Source: an uncultured Bacteroidota bacterium (lineage in GTDB: Bacteria; Bacteroidota; Ignavibacteria; UBA10030; UBA8401). From it: DNA of 64,000 nt. Where the stretch lies: positions 4,780 through 68,779 of the forward strand of contig CAWJKX010000223.1 in the NCBI GenBank assembly GCA_963843065.1, written 5' to 3'. This document shows, piece after piece, positions 30,639 through 40,662 of this stretch; within the stretch, counting starts at the first letter, position 1, and every line of letters begins with the position of its first letter. Both the position numbers and the translations under genes were made by a program. The notes below the pieces were generated by a model. That model had not been told where the DNA came from. It made no database searches and saw nothing but the letters and a program-made list of their open reading frames with translations.

Positions 30639-32876
30639 TTGTATACTCCATCCCGTCGAAATAGTTTAGTTGTGCTGCTGCTTGTACTTCTTCTTTGCTC
30701 AGAACAGAGTTTCTCTCAAACCAATTCTGATCAATCTTCGCCTGTACCGCTGAGAAAATTGACCGATGATGATGCGACGAAATATACCGACATCGGCAAT
30801 GTTCGAATGACAATCACAAATTTGGGGACACTGGGTACGAATTTCAATAATTGGCCCGCCCAGCCTTCATGTGAATATCCGAAAGGGTCGCGTATCGAGA
30901 ACCTGGCGTTAGGAGGACTGTGGATTGGCGGCATCCTTCGGAAGGTGGGGTACCCATATGTTTCAACAGCATGTGAGGATGGAGGGAACCCGTTAACGCT
31001 GGGGGCCGGGTTTGAGTTCACAAACGAGCCTGGATCACAGATTAGCGAGCGCTCTTCGTTGTCCGGTGATACCTATTTCAACATCAACGCGGTAAGCCAT
31101 CAGGATTTTGTGATGGACTTTACAGACAGGTACACACGCGATCCGCAAACAGGTGATTCCATCCCCAGCCATACACCGCTTGGGCTCAAAGTTCACTTGG
31201 AATCGTATGCATGGAATTTTCCTTTCGCGGACTTTTTCGTAATTCTCAACTACACAATTACGAATATCAGCAGCGACACAATAGACGCAATGTATGTCGG
31301 CGTGCGAAATGAAGGCGTTGTTCGCAACATGAATCTTTCCGGGTATCAAGCGAGTTCAGCGTTCTTCAGCAGCGGGAAAGGCTACATCGACAGCTTGAGG
31401 TTAGCGTATACGTTCGATGTCAACGGACAGCCGTACGGTCCTCCGGCAAACTCTTATTTTGGATTCAAACTGCTCGGTGCGGATCCGTTCCCCCTCAAAC
31501 GTGATTCAACCGGGGCTTTTGTGGGCGCCTCCCTGGATTCGCTCGGCGATCTCTATAAAGACACGTACTATAATGGATGGAGGTACAACAATACGGGGTC
31601 CGGAACAGAAGCATACTTTTACCCAAGCGTAGACAATAGTCCCGATGTGTACCTTGGGAAATATCAGCGGATGTCGACGATGGAGCCAAGAAATTATATT
31701 CAGTCTCTTGGAACTCCACAAGGCACTCCTGTTTTAGCTGACGGTGTGACCATCGGAATCGCTCCAGCGAACACGGTTGATCTCTTGTCTGTCGGTCCTT
31801 TTCCTTCTTTGGCACCGGGCGACAGCCTTAATGTAGTTTTTGCGGTTGTTTGTGCAAAAAAAAGCGGCAACGCTCTGCCGAGCGAAGATTATCATAATGC
31901 GACGCTTCGGAAAACTTTATATTCTAATTGTTCATGGGCTCAACAGTGCTACAACGGTGAAGACCTGAACGGAAATAACAAACTCGATCCCGGCGAAGAC
32001 ATCATTGGGGATGGAAAGCTTCACCGCTACATTCTCCCTCAACCGCCGCGCCAGCCGCGTGTGCGTGCCGTCGTGGAAAATCAGCAGGCGATTATCTATT
32101 GGGACAGAACGCAGGCGGAGGAGAGCTTCGACCCGATCAGTAAAAAATTTGACTTCGAAGGGTACAGGATTTACCGTTCGTCCGCCGGTGCGGATATCAA
32201 AGATCCGACAAGTTTTATTCTCTCAATGGATCTCGTCGGCGACTTTGACCGTGCAGACGATAATATCGGGTACAACACCGGGTTTGGCGCCATCAAGCTC
32301 GCCACGCCAAGAATGTTTCCCGCGGACACGGTGCAATATTGGTATCGTTTTCCGCCAACAACAGATAACATTACAAGTTTGAACGGCTGGCAGTACCTTT
32401 ACGGAATTTCGGCGTACAGCACAGGTGATTCGGCGAACCAATTGCCAAGTCTTGAGAGTGCCAAGGTGATTGTTCGCGTCATTCCAGGAACACCGCCGAC
32501 TTCGGATAAGTCCGTTGCCATCGGCGTCTATCCTAACCCGTACTATGCGGGGGCGGCGTGGGATGGTTCGGGGGAACGCGACCGGAAAATCTATTTTTAT
32601 AATCTACCGGCAAATGCCGAGATTAAAATCTACACGCTGAGCGGAGATCTCGTGGCCGATATCATTCATGATGCCGCAACGTACAGCGGATCGGATATCA
32701 AATGGTTTCAAAATTTTTCCGGACTCGGTGTTTCTCCTCAGTTCGCCGGCGGCGAACATGCATGGGATCTGATTTCCAAATATGACCAGGCGATTGCGAC
32801 GGGGCTGTACCTGTTCACCGTGAAGGATCTGGTTACCGGCACTATTAAGCGCGGAAAATTTGTCGTAATTAAATGA
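30639..32876 (+). CDS. Secreted hypothetical protein (745 aa) with a C-terminal beta-sandwich sorting-like domain
   Basis: TTG start, then signal peptide (SRRNSLVVLLLVLLLCSEQSFSQ). The C-terminus VYPNPYYAG...IYFYNLPANAEIKIYTLSGDLVADI...GLYLFTVKD...GKFVVIK resembles a T9SS/FlgD-Ig-type CTD but lacks the canonical NPFNP. Confidence 0.6.
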   Translation: MYTPSRRNSLVVLLLVLLLCSEQSFSQTNSDQSSPVPLRKLTDDDATKYTDIGNVRMTITNLGTLGTNFNNWPAQPSCEYPKGSRIENLALGGLWIGGILRKVGYPYVSTACEDGGNPLTLGAGFEFTNEPGSQISERSSLSGDTYFNINAVSHQDFVMDFTDRYTRDPQTGDSIPSHTPLGLKVHLESYAWNFPFADFFVILNYTITNISSDTIDAMYVGVRNEGVVRNMNLSGYQASSAFFSSGKGYIDSLRLAYTFDVNGQPYGPPANSYFGFKLLGADPFPLKRDSTGAFVGASLDSLGDLYKDTYYNGWRYNNTGSGTEAYFYPSVDNSPDVYLGKYQRMSTMEPRNYIQSLGTPQGTPVLADGVTIGIAPANTVDLLSVGPFPSLAPGDSLNVVFAVVCAKKSGNALPSEDYHNATLRKTLYSNCSWAQQCYNGEDLNGNNKLDPGEDIIGDGKLHRYILPQPPRQPRVRAVVENQQAIIYWDRTQAEESFDPISKKFDFEGYRIYRSSAGADIKDPTSFILSMDLVGDFDRADDNIGYNTGFGAIKLATPRMFPADTVQYWYRFPPTTDNITSLNGWQYLYGISAYSTGDSANQLPSLESAKVIVRVIPGTPPTSDKSVAIGVYPNPYYAGAAWDGSGERDRKIYFYNLPANAEIKIYTLSGDLVADIIHDAATYSGSDIKWFQNFSGLGVSPQFAGGEHAWDLISKYDQAIATGLYLFTVKDLVTGTIKRGKFVVIK

Positions 32877-32879
32877 GCG

Positions 32880-32914
32880 TAGCCATCCGGAGGTTTAAAG
32901 CTTTCGGATGGCTA
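32880..32914 (+). terminator. Terminator-like hairpin
   Basis: 10-bp stem TAGCCATCCG / CGGATGGCTA with a 15-nt loop, directly after the stop codon. No clear T-tract. Confidence 0.35.
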
Positions 32915-32978
32915 GCACTTAGAGAATTTAATTTCATTCGATTATTATATTAATTTTCTAAAAAGGAGAAGAGGATCT

Positions 32979-35287
32979 ATGAAGAAACTTTTACTTATTA
33001 CCCTTTTGGCCGCACTTAGCGTTGCCGCTGTTTTTGCTGCTGCTCATAAATCGCCAAGGAAGCTGGTTCATCGTCTCTCAGCGGAGAGAATTAATGATTA
33101 TCCAAATGTGACGATCCATGACATCCAATTTGTTCCTCTCGACTCGTTGCTGAGAGCCGACACGTTGGGCTATAATACCGGATCTTCTTGGACGCTGCAA
33201 ACCTCCCGGTACAATAATGACACTGTTGTCATTACAGCGCTCGTAACCGTCCCCGCGAGAGTGATAAGCTATACCAACGATGGGCTGACACTTGCAGTAG
33301 TAGACACAGGCGTCTTCGGCACTCAGCCGTGGGGCGGCATCCTTGTCCGCTATCCTAATACTAACGACAGCAGTGATTTCGACGCGGATGGATTTTATGA
33401 CGTTGAGCAAGGAGATATTATCCAAATGTTGGGAATAGTAAATGAGTTCCCGTTGAACCAGATGAACAGCCTCACTCAATTTGCACCAATACCCCTTACA
33501 GGAGTGAATGTTCTTTCATCAGGAAACCCGTTGCCTCCGCCGGTTCATCTTACTGTTTCCGACTTCAATATCGGAACTAACCCTGGGGGAAAAATTATGT
33601 TTTCCAGCGGTGAACCATGGGAATCACAATATGTGTATTTCACGAACCTCACAGTTGTTGCGAACGTCAGTACAAGCCGCGGTACATTTATGTTTACAGA
33701 TGCGGCAGGAAATCAGCTTTCCGATTATGATTGGTCTTATCATTTCACACTTAGCCCAAGTGATCAGGTTCAACCGACCACTCCGGCGGACACAAGCTAT
33801 AAAGTCCCGCCGGCAGGGACGGGGATTGATACTTTACGAGGGTACGTATCGACGTCTTCGGGAGGGGAGTCAGCCCGAGGTTATCGAATTTGTCCGATGT
33901 GGCCCGGGGACATAGTCTATAGCACGGCCCGTCCCGGGTTTTCTACGGAGAGGCGTTATCCGGTTGTTGTGACGAAAGACAGCACTCCTCTCATCACTGT
34001 CAAAGCATTCCAAGCGACGAATCCAGTGGCACCAACATATCCAATCAGGACGGTGCAGTTATTCTACAGCCTCAACAATGGGGCATGGCAATCGGTCAGC
34101 ATGACAGCCCCGCAGGCGGCTGTCGATTCGACGTACCAAGCGCGTATACCGGTCCAGCCCGCCGGAACGGTTGTCCGGTATTTTATCCAGGTCGCGGATA
34201 CCAGCGGAGCCACAGGGATTCTGGCCAACAGCGGAGCGCTGACCCAGTACAGATACTACCGGAGGTTACTTCTTTTACAAGGTTCTTGACAGATCCACGC
34301 AGCATCTGTTAACAATTCATGACATTCAGTACACGCCGTACATAAATGGCCGCAGCCCGTACGTCGGAGCTATTGATTCAACCGCCGGTATTGTCACCGC
34401 AGATACTGCAAGCTTGCTTTTGTCTCCGATAAGTACGGGAGGAACAAACGCATGGTATATCCAGAGTTCGAATCAGCCTTTCAGTGGATTGTGGGTGACC
34501 GGGCCGGATTCATTGCTGGAGCCGGTTGCGAATGGAGACAGCATTGTTGTGGCAGGTGAAGTGACGGAAGATTTCGATGTTACACAGCTCGAGTTAGTAA
34601 CCTCGGTTCGCATTGTATCTCATAAAAATCCATTGCCTGCACCTGTAAAACTGCAAACTTCAGTATTTGGTCCAGGCATAGGCAACGGGAATCTAGGTGC
34701 CGAACCATATGAAGGTATGCTGGTAGAATTTGATTCGTGCGTGGTCGAAAATACGTACCCGATTTATGTCGACCCGACGGAATTTGAAGTCTCCAACAGC
34801 ACCGCTCCGATTCTCGTCCGAAGAGATGGGCGTAATACGTATTCGAACGTTATAGGCGATACGGCTTCCGGAGATATCATCTTAAAAACGGGTAACCCGA
34901 TTGCAAAGCTCATCGGCATTATCTACTACAACAACAACAATTACATGGTTGTACCGAGAACCAACGCCGATTACGTCGGTGCCGTAACAACCAGGGTTGT
35001 TCCTTTACGATCGATTCTTCCTGCGCAGTACGCTCTTTAATCAAAATTTTCCGAATCCTTTTAACCCGTCGACGACCATCCGGTATTCGCTGCCGACGGC
35101 AGGAAAAGTTATGATGAAAGTATACAATATTCTTGGGCAGGATGTGGCAACGCTTGTCAACACCCAGCAACCGGCGGGGACGTACGATGTAACATTTGAT
35201 GCATCAAGGCTTGCCACCGGTGTATATTTTTACAGAATCACCTCGGGCTCTTTTGTCCAGGTAAAGAAAATGTTGCTGCTGAAATAG
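32979..35287 (+). pseudogene. Large secreted T9SS cargo protein (~769 aa), two frameshifts (~34245 and ~35035)
   Basis: Signal peptide MKKLLLITLLAALSVAAVFA. Three consecutive frames join smoothly (...ANSGALTQ / STDTTGGYFFYKVLD...; ...LPAQYAL / NQNFPNPFNPSTTIRY...). The end is a canonical type-A T9SS CTD (NFPNPFNPSTTIRYSLP...VYNILGQDVATLV...GVYFYRI). Confidence 0.75.
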
Positions 35288-35359
35288 TTGCTGCGAAGTA
35301 CGCTGGCACCGTTTTAACTAAAGTCGGCGTTCTGATTTTTGCATCAAGCGATTACCCCG

Positions 35360-35390
35360 CCCTACCCTCCCCTGTAAGGGGAGGGTAGGG
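35360..35390. repeat. 13-bp perfect GC-rich hairpin
   Basis: CCCTACCCTCCCC-tgtaa-GGGGAGGGTAGGG, 73 nt after the cargo gene stop. No T-tract. Confidence 0.7.
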
Positions 35391-35579
35391 TCGCACAACG
35401 ACGGCAGTAATTTTTGGAGGAGTAACTAGTGTCCCGTATCGCAAATAAGTTAAGAATGTCTGAAGCCATCGACGTCCGAAATCCGTCAGGAATCATGGAT
35501 TTAGCTGGCCACACTTATTCAAGGAATTTCTGTTACACAACACTAGAAGCACCTCTAAAAAATGAATTTACGCTGACCC

Positions 35580-35760
35580 TTCGACGCTCCCGTTTCGCTG
35601 GAGCGGCACGGGATTGCTCAGGGTGTCCTTCGACGCGCGGCGCGATAAAGCTGCGCCGCTCGCTCAGGATGAACAGATTTTATTTAAGCTTTAATAATAA
35701 CCCGTTCATCCTGAGTAAGCGATCCCGCTCGAAGAGCGGGAGAGCGCATCGAAGGATGAG
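35580..35760. repeat. Cluster of GC-rich hairpins (REP-like field)
   Basis: GCGGCGC/GCGCCGC (35637-35659), CTCAGGATGAAC/GTTCATCCTGAG (35663-35674 / 35704-35715, 12 bp perfect) and CCCGCTC/GAGCGGG (35724-35740). Confidence 0.7.
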
Positions 35761-35860
35761 GTAACATGTTTTTGAGATAGCTTCTAATTTTTTTGTTGAT
35801 ACTCAATGTTCACCGGTGCATGATATCATCGTACCGGACCTGCGAACGAAATAAAGAAAC

Positions 35861-37663
35861 ATGCGACAATATTTTTTCGACATTATAATCTTTTCGGCGT
35901 GTGTTCTTTTGTGCGGAAGCTGCACTAAGCAATTCACGAACGAGCCAAAGGCCAACATTCCTCCTTCGACGCGGCTCTGGCTGACCCCGGATTCCGTCCT
36001 GCTTGAGACCACATCGCACCAACACCTTTATTGGTACGGAGAAGCTCCTGATGGCATGGTAGAGGGTTACCTTTTGGCCGTTGGGAATTTCAAACCAGCT
36101 CCAACGAAAATTCCTACTCCCGATACTGTAACGTATACATGGGTTACCACGACCGATACTCTGGTTGCTCTTCCATTGCGCACTGCCCGCGATAGCTTCA
36201 CGGTGATTGTTCGAGCGGTCGACAATACATTTAAGCAGGCGTCGATGCTGCCGCCGGGGGCAATTATCCGGATGACACCGCAGCCGTATTGGGACAAGGA
36301 TACGAATGGGATGTATGATAAGGGGGACGTTGCATTGAGTAACCTCCAGTCTGCTGCAGATCCGTATGGAGCCATCCTACTTATTCCTATTCGCAACACG
36401 CCCCCGACTGTACAATTTGCGGCAAATCCGGTGGATTCGTCGACGATACAACAGCCGGAAACTACCTACACGGTTGCCACTTTTTCCTGGGTCGGACATG
36501 ATGCTGACGGAGACAATACGATCGTCTCGTATCGAATTGCACTGAACAATAATGGCGATACGGCTTCTTCAAGCTGGATGACGTTGACTAATAAGGCAAC
36601 ACTTGTTACGCTGGCAGTTCCCCGGTCTGTCAGCGATGTCGCTCCGGACAACGGAACAGTTAATGCGTCCGTTTATACCGGAGTATTTCCGGGTCTGCAA
36701 TACCAAGGGACGATTTCCGGCTTAAAGTTGAATGCGCAGAATGTTCTTTACCTGCAAGATAAGGATGTTGCCGGCGCGTACAGCACTACCGCCCGCATGC
36801 CTTCTTCATCGGCAGGGTATTGGTTTGTAAAAAAACCGAAGGGGAGAATGTTGGTTGTCAAGGATTACAATCAATCTGATTCAACCACCGCGCTGCAAGT
36901 GTATCGTAAAGTTTTTTCCGACCCGAGCATTGCCGGAGGCACGTTCGGAAATTTTGATATCTTTGACGTCGGATATGGATTATCAAACGCCGCCAAATTG
37001 AGTCAGACAGCGGATTCGACGTATGGAAATCTTGTCCCGCCAAATCTCAATCCTGCTTTCATCCTCACGCTGCAATTGTACAGCCTGGTGTACTGGTTTA
37101 GCGACTTATACCCGAGCTACACACCGGCGCAGATCGGCTTATTTAATTTTAACCAGCGCGGCGGGAAGGTCATTTTTTCGACCACATTTCCGGAGAACAT
37201 TTCTTTCCCGAATATTAGCGCGTTGAACGATTTTGCCCCGATCGACAGTGTCTCGACAGACCCGAATTCGACTTCAGCAGTGCCGACGAACGCAGATAAC
37301 CGCGTCCCCGTAGGAACAACGCTCATCCCCTTTGATTTAACAAGCGGATACCCTGTCCTTACGTTCGGGCCGCGGCCGGCCAGCGGCGGACAATTCGTCA
37401 CTCCGTCCCCTAGTTGGCGCCGCATCTATAAGCGAATCGACGCTCAATATATTTATCAGATGGATTCTGTTTATACGGACAGTTCTTCGTCTCCTCCGCA
37501 GCAGAAGGAAGAACGGTATCTGGGAACTCCTGAAATTGGCGTGATCGATGGTGCACAATCGTTCGTCCTTGTTGCGATCCCAGTTCATTTGCTCAACGGA
37601 AATACGGCTGCGCTTACGGCGTTTTTCCGCAAAATCATCGTTGATCAATTTGGATTTCATTGA
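35861..37663 (+). CDS. Hypothetical exported protein / probable lipoprotein (600 aa)
   Basis: N-terminus MRQYFFDIIIFSACVLLCGSC (signal peptide with Cys). No recognised family. Its stop codon overlaps the first possible start of the next gene. Confidence 0.6.
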   Translation: MRQYFFDIIIFSACVLLCGSCTKQFTNEPKANIPPSTRLWLTPDSVLLETTSHQHLYWYGEAPDGMVEGYLLAVGNFKPAPTKIPTPDTVTYTWVTTTDTLVALPLRTARDSFTVIVRAVDNTFKQASMLPPGAIIRMTPQPYWDKDTNGMYDKGDVALSNLQSAADPYGAILLIPIRNTPPTVQFAANPVDSSTIQQPETTYTVATFSWVGHDADGDNTIVSYRIALNNNGDTASSSWMTLTNKATLVTLAVPRSVSDVAPDNGTVNASVYTGVFPGLQYQGTISGLKLNAQNVLYLQDKDVAGAYSTTARMPSSSAGYWFVKKPKGRMLVVKDYNQSDSTTALQVYRKVFSDPSIAGGTFGNFDIFDVGYGLSNAAKLSQTADSTYGNLVPPNLNPAFILTLQLYSLVYWFSDLYPSYTPAQIGLFNFNQRGGKVIFSTTFPENISFPNISALNDFAPIDSVSTDPNSTSAVPTNADNRVPVGTTLIPFDLTSGYPVLTFGPRPASGGQFVTPSPSWRRIYKRIDAQYIYQMDSVYTDSSSSPPQQKEERYLGTPEIGVIDGAQSFVLVAIPVHLLNGNTAALTAFFRKIIVDQFGFH

Positions 37664-40653
37664 TGTCAACCGCCGCAATACATATTAGAAATCCGATTGA
37701 AAATCTTATGTCTCTGTGGAACTCTGTGAATCTCTGTGCGTCTCTGTGTAACAAAAACACTATCACACAGAGAAACGCAGAGGAGACACAGAGGGACACG
37801 GAGAAGAAGTTCGCAGCGGCGTGTCTCCGCCGGCTGAGGAACTTCGTCCTTCTCTTTCTTATCGCTGCTGTTGCATCTTCTCTTCCTCTCATTGCACAAT
37901 CGAGCGGTTCGATTACGGGCAAGATTATTGATTCAAAGACGGGTGAAGGATTGCCAAGCGTCAACGTGCTCGTGAAGGGGACGTACTATGGAGTGTCAAG
38001 CGATGTTGACGGAAAATTTATCATCCCAAAAGTAAATCCGGGTGTGTATGATATTTCCATCACGCTGCTCGGCTATAAAGCTGTCGTTTATACCGGTATA
38101 AAAGTAGAAGCGGGTAAAGCCGTTGCTCTCGACGTTAAATTGGAAGAGACTGAATTGACGCTCGGCAAGGAAGTGGTCATCGTCGGTGAGAAGCCTCTCT
38201 TTGATATAGAGCAAACGTCAAGCTCCCGCACCGTGAGCGGCGAAGACATTAAAGTAGCTGCGGTGCAAACGGTGCAGGACATGGTGGGACTGCAAACCGG
38301 TGTCGTACAGAGCGACAACCAGATTCACATACGCGGCAGCAGGGGATACGAGAACGCCTACTTAGTGGACGGCGTGCCAGTACAGGACATTCTTGGCGGA
38401 ACGGGGTTTGGACTCCAGATCAGTCCGGATGCAATTCAAGAGATGGAGGTGATAACCGGCGGATACAATGCCGAATACGGTCAGGCAACCTCGGGAGTTA
38501 TCAGCATCACGACAAAAGATGGATCGTCGAGCTACCACGGCGGTGTTTCGTACAAAACTGATCGGATATGGGGAAAGTCGCTCGCAAATTTCAACACTGA
38601 TATTCTCAGTGCGACTCTGGGCGGTCCTGTTCCGCTCCTCAGTGCAGCGCTGCCGGGGCAAATGAGCTTCTTCGGTTCGTTTAACGGAAATGTCGCCGAT
38701 GGCTACACGCGTTGGGTGCAGGTCATCGGGAGCAATGGGATGCCTGTTGGATACGAAGCGGTAGCGCCCCGTCAGCTTATCTCCTCGATTTTTTATGGCT
38801 CGAGGTTCGCGCCGCGCGATGCGAACGATTACTCGTGGACAGGAAAATTAACCTGGAAGCCTGAAGCGACCGAGAAACTCACGTATGCATACAATCAGTC
38901 CGTGACAATTGACCAAAACTCCTCAACGATCCAGACAGCGCTGGAGTATCAAGAGCCTACTCCGGGATACCAATACGACTTCAAGAATATATTAGACAGC
39001 GCAAATACGTTCACGCAAATCAATATCCAGCAGACGCTGTCGTGGACGCATACCTTGAATCAAAAAGCATACTACGAGATTCGCCTGAGCCACTACACTG
39101 CTCATGTTCGAGGGGATGCCAACGGAAAAGATTATACGCAATACAATGAACCTAAAGATATCGTAACGTACCCGATCCAGTATTACAACCTTGGGAAAGA
39201 CACCGTGGGCGTTATTCCAGGCGACGGTTTCTATGACACCGGCGGACCGTTCGAATGGCGCGATCATTATATCAGCGATTACAGCGCCAAGATAGATTTC
39301 ACAAATAATTTTACGGAAAAGAACAAATTCAAGACGGGAATTGAATCTCATTTCCAGAACCTCCAAATGATCGACATTACCGACCCATGGATTAAACCGT
39401 TGGGGTTGAACAACGATATTTACAATGTCAGCCCTGCATCGGGAGATCTCTACGCCCAGGACAATATCATTGCCCATGGTATGATCTTGAATTTCGGGTT
39501 ACGGTTTGACTACTGGTTTCCCGGAAAGTACGTTGACGACGCAATTAACAATCCTAACGTTCCTCTGGCATCGGACGCCATCCGGCAGCAATATCTCGCA
39601 AGCACATTCTCATTTTTCGGGAGACGCTGGAAGGGACGCATCAGTCCGCGGTTGGGGATTTCTCACCCAGTATCGGATAACCAAACACTCTTTTTCTCAT
39701 ACGGGCATTTTTCAAAATTGCCCCAGCCGACGTATGTCTATTCGGATCTTGCTTCGAGCAGCGCCCAATCGACCGAGCAGACGATCGGGAATCCCAACCT
39801 GAATCCGGAAACAACGGTTGCCTACGAGCTTGGACTTCGCAGCCAGATTACTGAGGATGATGTATTGACCGTTACCGCCTACTATAAGGATGTTTTCGAT
39901 TACATCATTGCGCAGACTGTCCAGGCGACGAGTGTTCGCTTTTCAAGCGGGACGTACACAACCTACATCAATTCAGATTACGCGCGGACGCGTGGGATTG
40001 AAATCGAGTATAATAAGCGAATCACCAATAATTTCAATTCTACGTTGTCGGGCTCGTATTCCATTGCAACCGGAAAAAGCGCCGCCTCGAATGAAGCATT
40101 GTATGATCTCGTGACGCTCGGCGTCGAGCCGACCATCAAAGAAAGCTATATGCCGTGGGATCGCCCGCTCCAGGCTTCGCTCAACCTCAACTTTAAAGTT
40201 CCCAAGAACGAGCCACTGTTTGGTTTCGCTCCAGGAGTTCTGGACAATTATTCCTTCTTTGTCCGGTTCTTTTTTGAGTCGGGTATGCGTTACACGCCCC
40301 TTCTTCCAGCCGGTTATGACAATACCGGGCGCGAGCTCTACGTTACCGATTATAACAATATCGACGGCGGAGTGGGCCAGAATTGGTTCTACATCAACCT
40401 TAATTTTGAAAAGAATCTGGATTATGCTGGGATGAAAATTACGCTCAGTTTCGAAGTGGAAAATCTTTTGAATAACAAAAATTCTCAAATTATCAATGCA
40501 GTGACAGGCCGTGCGTACGAATACGGGGATAACACGACGGGGAACGATCCCCGTTATCCTGAACTGCAGGCACCGATATCGCCGTATCCTTACGATCCGT
40601 CTCGCTATCTCGCCCAACGGACCGCAAAAGTCGGTATTGGGATACAATTCTAG
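37660..40653 (+). CDS. TonB-dependent-receptor-like outer-membrane protein (CarboxypepD_reg + Plug + beta-barrel); start codon uncertain
   Basis: Signal-like RRLRNFVLLFLIAAVASSLPLIAQS. CarboxypepD_reg (GSITGKIIDSKTGEGLPSVNVLVKGTYYGVSSDVDGKFII). Plug (DMVGLQTGVV...IHIRGSRGYENAYLVDGVPVQD). Long barrel ending ...KVGIGIQF. The only in-frame canonical starts (37660/37663/37708) lie upstream of or inside a palindromic repeat. Confidence 0.8.
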   Translation: MMSTAAIHIRNPIENLMSLWNSVNLCASLCNKNTITQRNAEETQRDTEKKFAAACLRRLRNFVLLFLIAAVASSLPLIAQSSGSITGKIIDSKTGEGLPSVNVLVKGTYYGVSSDVDGKFIIPKVNPGVYDISITLLGYKAVVYTGIKVEAGKAVALDVKLEETELTLGKEVVIVGEKPLFDIEQTSSSRTVSGEDIKVAAVQTVQDMVGLQTGVVQSDNQIHIRGSRGYENAYLVDGVPVQDILGGTGFGLQISPDAIQEMEVITGGYNAEYGQATSGVISITTKDGSSSYHGGVSYKTDRIWGKSLANFNTDILSATLGGPVPLLSAALPGQMSFFGSFNGNVADGYTRWVQVIGSNGMPVGYEAVAPRQLISSIFYGSRFAPRDANDYSWTGKLTWKPEATEKLTYAYNQSVTIDQNSSTIQTALEYQEPTPGYQYDFKNILDSANTFTQINIQQTLSWTHTLNQKAYYEIRLSHYTAHVRGDANGKDYTQYNEPKDIVTYPIQYYNLGKDTVGVIPGDGFYDTGGPFEWRDHYISDYSAKIDFTNNFTEKNKFKTGIESHFQNLQMIDITDPWIKPLGLNNDIYNVSPASGDLYAQDNIIAHGMILNFGLRFDYWFPGKYVDDAINNPNVPLASDAIRQQYLASTFSFFGRRWKGRISPRLGISHPVSDNQTLFFSYGHFSKLPQPTYVYSDLASSSAQSTEQTIGNPNLNPETTVAYELGLRSQITEDDVLTVTAYYKDVFDYIIAQTVQATSVRFSSGTYTTYINSDYARTRGIEIEYNKRITNNFNSTLSGSYSIATGKSAASNEALYDLVTLGVEPTIKESYMPWDRPLQASLNLNFKVPKNEPLFGFAPGVLDNYSFFVRFFFESGMRYTPLLPAGYDNTGRELYVTDYNNIDGGVGQNWFYINLNFEKNLDYAGMKITLSFEVENLLNNKNSQIINAVTGRAYEYGDNTTGNDPRYPELQAPISPYPYDPSRYLAQRTAKVGIGIQF
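37711..37804. repeat. Phased-word palindromic element: 4 x 10-nt tandem units (CTCTGTG core) facing 4 inverted units (CACAGAG core)
   Basis: tctctgtgga/actctgtgaa/tctctgtgcg/tctctgtgta (37711-37750), a 14-nt spacer, then cacacagaga/aacgcagagg/agacacagag/ggacacggag (37765-37804). Confidence 0.85.
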
Positions 40654-40662
40654 CAGCCCAGC

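Noticed and set aside
35429-35764. 111-aa plus-strand ORF in the long spacer
   Set aside because: Its sequence is the literal translation of consecutive GC-rich hairpin repeats (…RSLRMNRF…SKRSRSKSGRAHRRMR). It has no start context and is treated as repeat DNA.
37711-37804. Possible CRISPR array (short tandem repeats)
   Set aside because: The units are only 10 nt, directly abutting without spacers, and mirrored by an inverted set. No cas genes are in the window. This is a palindromic repeat, not a CRISPR array.
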